Shown: positions 1-11,473 of the stretch, one piece after another | Numbering within the stretch: position 1 is the first letter of the stretch | Layout: every line of letters starts with the position of its first letter | DNA from: Octopus bimaculoides | Lineage: Eukaryota | Length of the DNA stretch: 64,000 bases | NCBI RefSeq assembly: GCF_001194135.2 | Contig: NC_068983.1 | Location: forward strand, 136,181,911-136,245,910 | Direction of reading: 5' to 3' | Notes under the pieces: generated by a model | What the model saw: only the letters and a program-made list of their open reading frames with translations | Told to the model about the DNA's origin: nothing | Databases searched by the model: none | Position numbers and translations under genes: made by a program

Positions 1-751
1 TAATAAAATATCTGCCAATCAAACACAGAGGTCAATATAATCAACTTTTTCCCTCTAACCAAGTTTATCTTTTTGTGCCTTGTTTATACATCAGTATTAT
101 AAATTCTAACACTTTGTTATTGTTGTTGGTAGTGAGTCTGAAAGATGCACTGAATTAAATCCTTTTTTCTTTTTGTTCTATAAAAGACCAATTCCTTTGC
201 AGTATTTAGTTTCTCTTCTATAATATAATTTGAGACCATGCTATAGCCAATTTTGCCTGGCATCTCTCTAGGTTTGGTGAAATAAGTTCCAGCTAAATAC
301 TTGCATCAACTCAAATGAGTAAATACTTGTTTTAAAGAATCTACAGTTTTATTTCAAAGTACGGAGTTTTATTTTTAGTGGTAAATGTAAATTATTAGCA
401 AACCAATTTTGATTTCCAGTTGGAAAGATTATTAGAACATTGCACTTAAAATGTGGACAATTTTTATTCATTTAAAGAAAGAATAAAAGATGCCAATATG
501 AATAACATTGCTAGGGCACAAAAATAAGTTATGCCTTAAAAACACAATACTGCAAATCATACATTTACAAATTATTGTTAGACACCGAAAGTGGCTATGT
601 GACATAGTATTCTGCAATGGCTCATCATTAACAAATTACTGCTTTAGAAATTAAATATTGCTTACAAACCAAACTGTCACAATTCTGCTATTGTCAACAT
701 GCAATAGCATAGCAGCTATAGTTGAGATATTGAAATATTAAAGAATAACAC

Positions 752-789
<38 letters not shown>

Positions 790-878
790 TGTGACTTGTG
801 TTTTTGTTTTCCTACATTCAAAAGAAAATATCATGCAGTTTTGTAAATTGTATACATGCCATATTAAGAAGCACTTAC

Positions 879-983
879 AAGAGATACAACTTATGTAAGT
901 AAATATACTGAAGAGCTGATCTCCAGTGGAGCAAATTCTATTAAACCTTTCAAGTCCATATCTGCCAGTAACATCAGTAATGA
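879..983 (-). CDS. Candidate internal exon of an unidentified host gene
   Basis: Minus strand reads ctattctgttatag|TC...CTT|gtaagt. It is 105 nt, phase 1-1, and open in only one frame: xITDVTGRYGLERFNRICSTGDQLFSIFTYISCIS. I recognise no protein family. Confidence 0.35.
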
Positions 984-1904
984 CTATAACAGAATAGTTG
1001 TTGTTACTGACGATTTTGTTATCAAGAAGTTAAAGTTACACACACACACACATGCACCTATTTAGGACATAATTTGATTGCCATTTTTCTCATTTTAATC
1101 AGTACATTGAAGAAATTTTGGATATTGCTAAGTTCTCTATTACTAGAAGAGATGGTACAACCGAGATACTGGAATAATACTGGGAAAGGAACCGAAAACC
1201 CTATTGCTAAAAGTGTCCAAGAGAGAATGATTTTTGTGTGATTTAAGTAAATAAAATTTTAAAATAATGAGGAAAACAAGAAAACTACTAACAACAATAA
1301 AAATAGGGAGCATGATATAATTCAGTGCAATTTCCCTTTTGATATTATTGCAGCAATCCCAATAGGAGAGTTCTTTTTCATATTAACCACAAAATATTTC
1401 CACAAATTCAATGGATATAACAAAATATTCAACAGTTTTTTCACTTAGTTACACCTAACTTTGCCTAAGTCCTTGTTTCTACAAACTTCTATAACAAGAA
1501 CAAGTTTATGACCATTTAATTCCATCTTAAATGCAATAATCGCACAAATTGTCTATTTTAGCTTAAATACTTCAAGGAGGATAATACAGCAATATGGTAT
1601 TAAAGCTCAAAAACTCAACAACAAACATATTTATGACTCACTTTAAACTCTTTCAAAACTGTTTATAACACTGCTCGTAAGATAAACATAAGTAAAATTC
1701 ATAAAACATAAACATTTCACCCTTATAATATACCCAAATAGTTAACATATTGTAAATCACATACAGATAAAAGTACACATGTTTAACCAATGAGGGAAAA
1801 GATAAATTCTGTAAATGCAAAACACAGGCCATTCACTAGAAAATTAGGTTTACTTAAAAAAAAAAAAACTAGGAGTTTATTTTATTTTTTTTCTTAAAGG
1901 TTTT

Positions 1905-2335
1905 TGCTTTTACATTTGGAATTACTCTCTAAATCTTCAACAAATTCAGTTACGAGAACTAAGTTGTCAGCATATAGGGGTTCCTTGGGTAACTGGTGTT
2001 AAACTCCTCTGTTCTAGCCTGGAGAATTATAATAAACAGGAGTGGACTAAGAACCAAGCTTTGATGAGTACCTAGCTGTACACTAGATTCCTCTCCAGCT
2101 AAATCTTCATGAAAAACTGCATATACTGCAACAGCCTTGAAGCATCCATCAACAGGAAAACTGATCTCTCTGGCCCATGCACAATTGTTAAATACACATT
2201 CTCCACTTGCCCAATGGTGTGATTATTTCCTTTTTGTGTACTCTCATTGTGGCCCACCAGTACCAAGCTTCAAATGCACTAAAACGCTGCACACAGCTGT
2301 GCATGACACAACAATTGATATGTAACTGATATCAT
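1905..2335 (-). mobile_element. RTE-clade LINE reverse transcriptase fragment, degenerate
   Basis: Minus translation gives HQSLVLSPLLFIIILQARTEEF and LYADNLVLV, matching RTE RT motifs HQGSVLSPLLF and LYADDLVL. Stops and frameshifts are present. Confidence 0.8.
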
Positions 2336-2375
2336 CAGACAGACATCCATCCATGTGTATGTTTGTGTCTGTGTG

Positions 2376-2422
<47 letters not shown>

Positions 2423-2432
2423 NNNNNNNNNN

Positions 2433-2535
2433 TATCATCATCATCATATAGCACATGTTTTCCATGCTGGCATGGGTTAAATGGTTTGACTGGAGCTGGT
2501 AAGCTGGAGAGCTGCACCAGGCTCCAGTCATCTGT
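2433..2535 (-). mobile_element. RTE 3'-tail repeat fragment (family C)
   Basis: (CAT)n followed by ttccatgctggcatgggtt...ctgcaccaggctccagtc. The same tail occurs at 15030, 32850, 39820, 44325 and 46270. Confidence 0.7.
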
Positions 2536-2584
2536 TTTATACACACACATATAATTAATAACAGAAGCAGTATTAATACCAAGA

Positions 2585-2704
2585 GGCAATCTTTATATCC
2601 AACTTAATGTGGATGTTACGTTAGAACACAAAATACTGCATAATGTAATGCAGTTTTCTGCATTCTAACATAACACCCACATTAAGATGGATATAAAGGT
2701 TGCC
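2585..2704. repeat. Fold-back palindrome, 57-bp arms, 6-nt loop (MITE-like)
   Basis: 2585-2641 is the reverse complement of 2648-2704 with about 8 mismatches and no gaps. Confidence 0.9.
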
Positions 2705-3123
2705 CTTTTATAGATGAACACATGAACAGATACACCATGAAACTCCATTCTTTTATACGTTTCAGCCCTAAGGCTGTGGCCATGCTGAAAAATATAATAT
2801 GCAGCATTTTTTCCACCAAAATCAACATTATAAGCAAGAATACATACAATACATATTAATAGACTACAAGGTTCTTAACCACTTTTATTAAGAAAATATA
2901 TATTAGATTATAGTAGATTATCTTCTCTTGTAGTAGTTGTGTGATACTGCATAGTATGCATGGTATTGTAGGTCTTTAAGACAAGTCAGGCCACAAAATT
3001 ATGAGGTGTATTATATATATTTTATTATATATGGACTTTTACAATATATAATATACATATATAATACATCACTATATATATAATATGTATATATCAATAT
3101 ATATAATACATCACAACTCATTT

Positions 3124-3240
3124 CTACAGCTGAATGAACTGGAACAATGCGCTCAAGAATACAACACAGAGAATTGTCAGAGAATTGAACTCATAATCTC
3201 TTGATTGTAAACCCGATGCTCTAACCACTGAACCATGCAC
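3124..3240 (-). mobile_element. tRNA-headed SINE 5' fragment (family E)
   Basis: Minus strand GTGCATGGTTCAGTGGTTAGAGC...GAGTTCAATTC...TGTGTTGTATTCTTGAGC shows A and B boxes and resembles 30695-31000. Confidence 0.55.
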
Positions 3241-3276
<36 letters not shown>

Positions 3277-3285
3277 ATCTCTCTT

Positions 3286-3321
<36 letters not shown>

Positions 3322-4955
3322 TCTCTTTCTCTCTCTCTCAATGTATGTGTAGAAGCATGTGTACACATACATATACTTATGCATACATATATACGTACAT
3401 ACATATGTATGTATGTATGTATGCATGTGTACACATGCTTACACACATACATAGAGAGGGAGAGAATGGAATGAGTAAATAAGAGAGAAAGACATCCATG
3501 TAGTGTTATCAGGACATGCTTCACAAAACATCAAAATCAAGAGCAGAGAAGTAGTAAAATCTAGATCTCAATCACTTTGCATTTGAAATCTCAAAAGGAT
3601 TTATCTAGTCAGTATTGGTAATGGATGTTACAGAAAGGGCACCATTACATTCTCCCCACCACACACACACACACATACAAATATGGCAGATATCTAGAGT
3701 TTGATGCTATTTGGAGCTTGAGATAAAACTTCTGAAAAGTACATTTGATATGTTATCTTCTTGTGTTAACATATGCATAAGTGAGTAGGCAGGGCAATTT
3801 ATAGTGATAATTATAACTTACACAAACAAAGAATTATACCCCATATCTTTATGTAACTATTTCATTTTGCTGAAATAATTAAAGAGCAGTTACAAACTCT
3901 TTTGAATTAACTTTAATTTTCATAGCTTTGCAGTCAATAAGTTACATCGGATCTATAGAAAAACAAATGAAGACCAAGTGATGTAGTGATTTGAAGAGGT
4001 AATACTCAAGTCTGGTTTACTTTTGCTTCCTCTAAGCATGCATGTAGCACAGGGATTTAAATTTCATCGATAGCAGAATTAGCATTAAGGATTCCAGATA
4101 TCCTAAGTTAAATCTACTAAGTATCACTGATATTCATTCAAATATCTGTGTGATCTTTGTCAACATAGTGATATATTAGTATATTCCATATNNNNNNNNN
4201 NNNNNNNNNNNNNNNNNNNNNNNNNNNNNNNNNNNNNNNNNNNNNNNNNNNNNNNNNNNNNNNNNNNNNNNNNNNNNNNNNNNNNNNNNNNNNNNNNNNN
4301 NNNNNNNNNNNNNNNNNNNNNNNNNNNNNNNNNNNNNNNNNNNNNNNNNNNNNNNNNNNNNNNNNNNNNNNNNNNNNNNNNNNNNNNNNNNNNNNNNNNN
4401 NNNNNNNNNNNNNNNNNNNNNNNNNNNNNNNNNNNNNNNNNNNNNNNNNNNNNNNNNNNNNNNNNNNNNNNNNNNNNNNNNNNNNNNNNNNNNNNNNNNN
4501 NNNNNNNNNNNNNNNNNNNNNNNNNNNNNNNNNNNNNNNNNNNNNNNNNNNNNNNNNNNNNNNNNNNNNNNNNNNNNNNNNNNNNNNNNNNNNNNNNNNN
4601 NNNNNNNNNNNNNNNNNNNNNNNNNNNNNNNNNNNNNNNNNNNNNNNNNNNNNNNNNNNNNNNNNNNNNNNNNNNNNNNNNNNNNNNNNNNNNNNNNNNN
4701 NNNNNNNNNNNNNNNNNNNNNNNNNNNNNNNNNNNNNNNNNNNNNNNNNNNNNNNNNNNNNNNNNNNNNNNNNNNNNNNNNNNNNNNNNNNNNNNNNNNN
4801 NNNNNNNNNNNNNNNNNNNNNNNNNNNNNNNNNNNNNNNNNNNNNNNNNNNNNNNNNNNNNNNNNNNNNNNNNNNNNNNNNNNNNNNNNNNNNNNNNNNN
4901 NNNNNNNNNNNNNNNNNNNNNNNNNNNNNNNNNNNNNNNNNNNNNNNNNNNNNNN

Positions 4956-5104
4956 GAAAGATTTCATGTGTCGCCCGCACATGAGCCAGTCCAGGGGCAC
5001 TGGCATCGATCCCGCTCGAAAGATTTCATGTGTCGCCCGCACATGAGCCAGTCCAGGGGCACTGGCAACGATCTCGCTCGAAACATTTCATGTGTCACCC
5101 GCAC
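4956..5104 (+). repeat. 62-bp tandem repeat (about 2.4 visible units) beside a 764-N gap
   Basis: Units start at 4956, 5018 and 5080. The two complete units contain the hairpin GCCAGT-ccaggggc-ACTGGC. Confidence 0.9.
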
Positions 5105-5195
5105 CTTTATCTTAATACTGTAATGCTCTATAACTTAGAGTATGCTTCTCTTTTGGATTTATGATTTACTGATGATATATATATGTACACACAAG

Positions 5196-5356
5196 CACAG
5201 GTGTAGCTGTGGGATAAGAAGTTTTCTGCTCAACCACATGGATCCAGCTTCAGTCCTATGGCATGGCACCTTTGGCAAGTGTTCTTGTACTATAGTTCTG
5301 GGCTGACCAAAGCCTTGCAGGTGGATCTGGCAGATAGAAATTGAAAGAAGCCCATC

Positions 5357-5389
<33 letters not shown>

Positions 5390-5611
5390 NNNNNNNNNNN
5401 NNNNNNNNNNNNNNNNNNNNNNNNNNNNNNNNNNNNNNNNNNNNNNNNNNNNNNNNNNNNNNNNNNNNNNNNNNNNNNNNNNNNNNNNNNNNNNNNNNNN
5501 NNNNNNNNNNNNNNNNNNNNNNNNNNNNNNNNNNNNNNNNNNNNNNNNNNNNNNNNNNNNNNNNNNNNNNNNNNNNNNNNNNNNNNNNNNNNNNNNNGTG
5601 TGTATGTGTGT

Positions 5612-5650
<39 letters not shown>

Positions 5651-5848
5651 TGTGTGTGTGTCTATGTTTGTCTCCCACCACTGCTTGACAATCGCTGTTG
5701 ATTTGTTTATATCCCTGTAACATAGTGGGTCAGCAAAAGAGACCAATAGGATAAGTACCATAAAAAAATAAGTAGTGGGGATAATTTGTTCAACAAAAAC
5801 CCTTCGAGGCAGTGCCCCAGCATAGCCACAGTCCATGGAAAACAAATA
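5196..5848 (+). mobile_element. CORE-type tRNA SINE with internal (TG)n (family A), gapped
   Basis: Head gctgtgggataagaag, core ggcacctttggcaagtgttctt, and body gtctcccaccactgcttgacaatcg...gcagtgccccagcatagcc. Confidence 0.85.
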
Positions 5849-6027
5849 TATATATACAGAGAGTGGGGAGGAGAGAAAGGGAGAGAGAGAAAGAAAGAGA
5901 ATGGGGGAGAGAACAAATGAATAAACTAATTTCTGAGAAGCTGAATAAATACTACTCCCCTGTTTGGAAAACTACAGATTAGATGATAGTGAAAAGAGAT
6001 GTAGTAATTGATAAATTTATCTTTTAC

Positions 6028-6118
6028 TTTCCATCAAGAAACTTTATCTGAACTGCAGGTGATATCGCATTTGAATTGGAGTTAGCATGAAGAGAAATCT
6101 GAGAAGTGTACTCCCATT
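6028..6118 (-). CDS. Candidate internal exon
   Basis: Minus strand tataaccag|AATGGGAG...GATGGAAA|gtaaaa. One open frame: EWEYTSQISLHANSNSNAISPAVQIKFLDGK. Splice signals are weak and I recognise no homolog. Confidence 0.25.
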
Positions 6119-6409
6119 CTGGTTATATTATAGTACATAAAATAACGACATAGTCTTGAAGAATTGTAATACATTCTTCACATATTCATTAACAGAATCA
6201 TTTTACTACTTACAGCTGACTGCAGCTTTGATACAAACAGTAAATTCACCTATCACACTACTATTTCCTCCAATACTTGCTTTTAGCTTTTTTCTTTCTT
6301 TTAATACCCTTTCTCTAACTATGTTTGAAAATAAAAAAATGAAAAATGTTATGTGGCTATTTATTTCTGAGATTTATAGTTTAGTTACCTTATTTTTTTT
6401 CTATACTCA

Positions 6410-6572
6410 TAGTAATAATAATAATGATTTCTTATATATCATTATTATTATTAATATTATTATTAAAAAAGAAATCATTATTATGACTAATAATAATAAT
6501 AATGATAAGAATAATAATAATAATAAGAAGAAGAAGAAGAAGAAGAAAAAGAAGATGATGATGATGATGACT
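6410..6572. repeat. Compound microsatellite (AAT)n-(AAG)n-(ATG)n
   Basis: Read directly from the sequence; it produces the spurious ORFs at 6156-6746. Confidence 0.9.
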
Positions 6573-8171
6573 AGAAAGAAAAGAAATGATATATAATGGA
6601 TAACCATTTTGTAACTTTGCATAAGAAATAAATTTTCCAAGCTCACGTTTATCCCAAAGGTATGTAGATGTGTAACTCTGAGGCTTAAGGATAATTAGAA
6701 AAGAAAACAAAAACATTAAAGACAGAAAGACAAAAAAATGAAACACAAATATATTTAAATAGAAAGAAAGATTTATAGAAATTTTATCAATAACAGCAGA
6801 CCCAAGGTATATATTTTGATATCTAGAATCATTAGTTAAGTTTTTACAGAACCTTTAAAAGCTTGTATTTCTATATACTGAATATAAATTCAAAGAGTGG
6901 AAATAGGATTTAAAGAGAAAAAAAGCGAAAGTTAGTACTCATTTTTTTTTTTTTTTTTGCTTTATAAATATATTTAATGTCCATGTTTAAATTCAGTATA
7001 AAAAAATTATTTTTCTTAAACTGTTTATTATTAACAATTGTTTTAAAAAGATATCAAACCAGCATAAAATGGGACATTAGAACAATGACAATATATGTGT
7101 TGATACCCACTTGCAAAAACCAATGAGGGTCTCTATACAAAGTCACTCAATCTACATACAAGAAATAGCTAAATCTCCCACAAATAACATTACCATCTTA
7201 AAAGAAGGGAAATCATATCAAATGAAAGTAGCTTTTCTGAAAAGTAGAACAGTACCCTGTTATCAACCAGGCAAACAGAAGCATACAAAGTTATGTATCC
7301 TTGCTGATGGTTTACTGACTAGCTGTAGTACAGTTTGAAATCATGACTTGAGAACCCCTTAATCCTTTAGATATTATGATTTAGAAATAAGAATAAAGAT
7401 AAAAGATTAAAAGTATTCTAGAAAGGTCTATGTATGTAGAAATCAAAGACATCATCTATTTTAGGTATAGCATTTATATCATTCATATTGTTCAGATGAT
7501 TGATTGATAAATAATTTAAATTAAATATTTTATATATGTATTACATATTACAGATAAAAATACAATGTGTCAGAAAAAATACAATTTTAAAAACAAATTA
7601 AATATTTTGAGGTCCACTATAAACTCCTAAAAGTTTTAGAGTCCTCAAAGTAACCGAGGAACTATAATGGGTACTGCTCTTTTTGTTGACTAACTGTTGT
7701 TTGACATACATATGGTATTGCTTGAGGCTGGACAGATATATTTTTTTAATAAATGCTAAATCTTACTTTTCACCTCACACTTTTAACTTGTTTCCTCAGG
7801 TAAAAAAGAAAAAAAATGTCATGCCATTTTTTGCAAAAGATTGACAGAAGAGGAGTAATGGAAATGGAAAGATGATATTGGTTAGAATGTAGACTAAAGA
7901 TTAAATGGAAGGAAAAAAAAAAGAAGTAAAAAAAAGAAAAATCAAAAAGAATACAAAATAAAAGAAACAAAAACTAAAAATTAATGCTTTTCTCTATCTC
8001 CCACAAATACTTTAGAGTACTTTTACAACGTCATAAGCTGAAGCAGTATGAACCAGCTGAATCTATAAAGGTGTAGAAGAAAACTCTTATAAACCAAGGT
8101 AGCTCTAAATCAGCTGAAACTATCTAAAATATATAGAGGTGTAACTGATAGCAGCTGGAGAGTCTGCTTAC

Positions 8172-8206
8172 CAATGCCTATCTTTCACAGTAAAGGTAAA
8201 AATAAT
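8172..8206 (-). CDS. Candidate 35-nt exon
   Basis: Long polypyrimidine tract ending tgtaacag|ATTATT...CATTG|gtaagc. The only open frame is IIFTFTVKDRH. Confidence 0.25.
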
Positions 8207-8362
8207 CTGTTACACAGTCAAATGAGAAAGAGCATGTTAAAAAAGAAAGCAAGAAAATAATAAATAATAATAATAATAATAATGGTGGCAAACCATTGGA
8301 AATATAATTCTCCATTAGGGATTCTGTTGCAACCTTATGTAGAGAGACTGAGTGTAATACAA

Positions 8363-8394
<32 letters not shown>

Positions 8395-8398
<4 letters not shown>

Positions 8399-8545
8399 TT
8401 GCAAGATTTTTTATGTGAAATCGTGTGTTGAAACAGATGTTGTTGTACTTGGGGATGGTCATATTGCCAGTTTAGCCAATAAAAACACACGCACTGTATA
8501 TTTGGTGTTAATTTTTTTTTTTTTTTTTACAAAATGGCTGATAGT
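8395..8545 (+). mobile_element. Non-autonomous DNA element fragment, same family as 24428-24615
   Basis: Shares gcaagatt..atgtg...cgtgtgttgaaa and aataaa.acacacgcact with the element at 24.4 kb. Confidence 0.55.
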
Positions 8546-8583
8546 TAGCAAGGTGAGACACACATAAGAAAGAAGGAAACAAA

Positions 8584-8628
8584 GGACCACTGATGAGGTC
8601 ACAGAAGTGTGACGAAAGAACTCTGGCC
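8584..8628 (+). ncRNA. Minimal type I hammerhead ribozyme-like motif
   Basis: Stem I GG(A)CCA/UGGCC; CUGAUGA at 8590-8596; one extra G; stem II GUCACA/UGUGAC with a GAAG loop; GAAA at 8614-8617; 2-bp stem III AG/CU; NUH triplet CUC with predicted cleavage after 8623. Confidence 0.65.
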
Positions 8629-8877
8629 GAAATAAGATTAAGATTAAGATTAATGTAATATAAAGCTGAAAAANNNNNNNNNNNNNNNNNNNNNNNNNNN
8701 NNNNNNNNNNNNNNNNNNNNNNNNNNNNNNNNNNNNNNNNNNNNNNNNNNNNNNNNNNNNNNNNNNNNNNNNNNNNNNNNNNNNNNNNNNNNNNNNNNNN
8801 NNNNNNNNNNNNNNNNNNNNNNNNNNNNNNNNNNNNNNNNNNNNNNNNNNNNNNNNNNNNNNNNNNNNNNNNNNNNN

Positions 8878-8921
<44 letters not shown>

Positions 8922-9404
8922 TATACTAAAAAATACATCTGGTTCTACCACTAGCAAGAATAGAGATTTAAGAGTGCTAGAATTTTGACTGGTTCTTATG
9001 TTGAAGAGTTTAAAGTTAGTTTATAGGCTAGAAGAAAAAAAACCTTGACTTGCCAAATGTTGGTTCATATATTATGCGACACACAAAAGGAAAAACAAGT
9101 CCAAAAAACAAAAAGATAGATGTAGAAAATAAAGACAGGGGAACTAAGAAAGAGTGTCTGAGGATGCAACAACTAAAACATTGGGTATATGCCAAGATAA
9201 ATATGACTAGAGGTCAAGGTCATTGACAGAAGTGTCTGCAACATTTTGTTTTCAAATTAGTAATGTGATGACCAAAAGAATAGGGCTCTGAAATAAATAA
9301 AAAAATGCTTCACATTATTTAGTTTTTTTTTTTATATCTTGCTTTCAGTTTCAAATGCCATTATGACTAACATTGTCTTTCAGAGTATACATAGGGAAAC
9401 ATAC

Positions 9405-9850
9405 ATATAAGTGTTATTCTGGCTGTATGGTTGAGAAGTTTATTTCTCAAACACATAGTTCAGTTCCACTGTGCAGCACTTTGCGCAAGTACTATCTTCT
9501 ACTTTTGCCCAAGGTGACCAAAGCCTTGTGAGTGCATTTTGAAGATGGAAACTAAAAGAAGTCCGTAGTGTGTGTGTGCGTGTGCGTGTGTGTGCATGTG
9601 TGCGTGCGTGCATGTACAGACATATGTTTGTGTTGAGTGTTTCATTACTGCTTGTTTACATGAAAGTCACATCATGAGTGGTGCTGTTGTTGGTACTTCT
9701 GTTAATAGATTGCCAGCACACTTTAATGCCTTCAAAGTAGTATAGAATAAGCCAAGAGTTAGCATCAAGAAAGGCATCTGGTTGTAAAACTATGCCTCAG
9801 TATCATATTAATCTAGCCCATGCTAGCATGGAAAAATTGATGCAAAAACA
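9405..9850 (+). mobile_element. Composite SINE: family A head and core joined to an RTE-type tail
   Basis: Head ggctgtatggttgagaag, then aaagccttgtgagtgcatttt, (TG)n, and ending tagcccatgctagcatggaaaa. Confidence 0.6.
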
Positions 9851-10389
9851 TAGACTGAGGTCAGATTAGTGAACTAAGGTATTTCCCTTAAAAGTATTTA
9901 CTTTGTGTCTAGTTAAAACATTACTTGTTATTTACTAATGTTACCTTATTCCTAGAAAAAGAATCACAGCACTAAGACAAAGAGTTAAGAATGATTCTAT
10001 TTAGTAACATTTCCTGGATATTTCATAATCTCAACAAAAACAAAATTGCTTTAAGAAAGTTAAAATGTCTACAGCATTGCCCTTAATTTGAAACCCTACA
10101 CCTCTACTGGCTACTATGACAGAGATAAGGCACTTGACCAACTAGAAACTAGCAACTAGATTTCTTTCAAATCATACTAGACATTTAAAAAAAAGATGTT
10201 AGAAAATGAAATATAGATACATTGTATGTATATTTCAGATATAACGTATATACACTTATACACATTATATCTGAAAAAAGAATGGATAATGGTTTTTTGA
10301 GCATAGGCTTGCTTCATCAGGGCTGACCTGAAGCTATCAACCAATAAAAATGATATATGGTTTCTAAGTTTGTCACAAGGCCACAAAGT

Positions 10390-10570
10390 TATTGGAAGGG
10401 GTTAAATTAAATGAATCAATCTCAATATAGTACTTACCTGCTTATTTCATGAACACTAGGGGGATGAAAGGTAAAATGTAATATGGATAGATTTGAACTC
10501 AGAATGTAAAGGAATGTGAATACCACAAGGCATTTATTCTGGAGTTACCATTTCTCCCACTCCACCACCT
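10390..10570 (-). mobile_element. tRNA SINE (family B), degenerate
   Basis: ggatgaaaggtaaa...atttgaactcagaatgtaaag is the reverse complement of the family B body. Confidence 0.6.
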
Positions 10571-11473
10571 AATCACTATAATTTTTTAAATTTCATAAAA
10601 TAACACAAGGTTACAAGTTTGTAGAGAAAAGGAAAAGTATTGTACTTCAACCATGTGCTCTGACAAAGACCATTTCACTAATTCTAACATTAAGATATAG
10701 AACAGTAGAAAGAGGATCAAAAAATAGAAATTCACAATGACAAGCAGATTTCAAATCTTGTTACAGAAGAATAAACTAAAAATCAAATATTCTGATCAGT
10801 AATATTAGAAAATCCCTTAGACTTCAGTAATAACAACACATTCTATAAACTTTATTTTATACAAAAGATATCGTATTTATATTAATTATGGCAATCCCTA
10901 GCCTCTGATTATGTACCAATATAATTAATATTGAATAAGAAAGAACCCTGAAATTCATAAGGAAGTAAATATGATGTGTAGTATTTATGCTTTTCTCAAG
11001 GACATTAAAAACTGAAGCTAAATAAAATATTAAAGCTGAGAATTGAAACTGGGTCGCAGACTTGGCTTTCTTAGAGTTGCTTTAGCGATTATCTCAAAAA
11101 CAGCTATAATGTTGCAGCTATACAAAATTAAAATTGATTAAAATCGCAACAAATTGTATTTATAAAAAAAGCTGAAAAAATTCCATAGCAAAGACCAAAT
11201 TTTGTTGATTAAGATAATGTGCTAAAGTGGAAACTGCAAAAGCTAATAGTTCAAATTGAACAAATCTTCAATTTAACAACTCTGACATTTAACTGTCCAA
11301 TCAACAAAAATGTTTCTCTTAAAATCATTTTCTTGTTTCTGCCAGTGGCAGATGTAGCATATTCATTTGTAAAGTTAAGAACTTTCAGATTTACCAAATG
11401 GTTGATATACACTAAGCAGATTCAGATATAACAACAACAACAACAACAATAATAATAATAATGATGATAATAA

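Noticed and set aside
1058-1206. Minus-strand exon AIGFSVPFPVLFQYLGC...
   Set aside because: The frame ends in TAG at the best donor, the alternative donor is weak, and equally plausible plus-strand readings exist.
4956-5104. 62-bp hairpin repeat as a CRISPR array
   Set aside because: The units are contiguous with no unique spacers, there are no cas genes, and the context is eukaryotic.
10295-10325. Minus-strand CTGATGAAGC... as a hammerhead
   Set aside because: The GAAA box is absent and stem III cannot form.
11240-11420. LRR-like HLVNLKVLNFT on the minus strand
   Set aside because: It is a single motif with no convincing splice boundaries and is compatible with chance.
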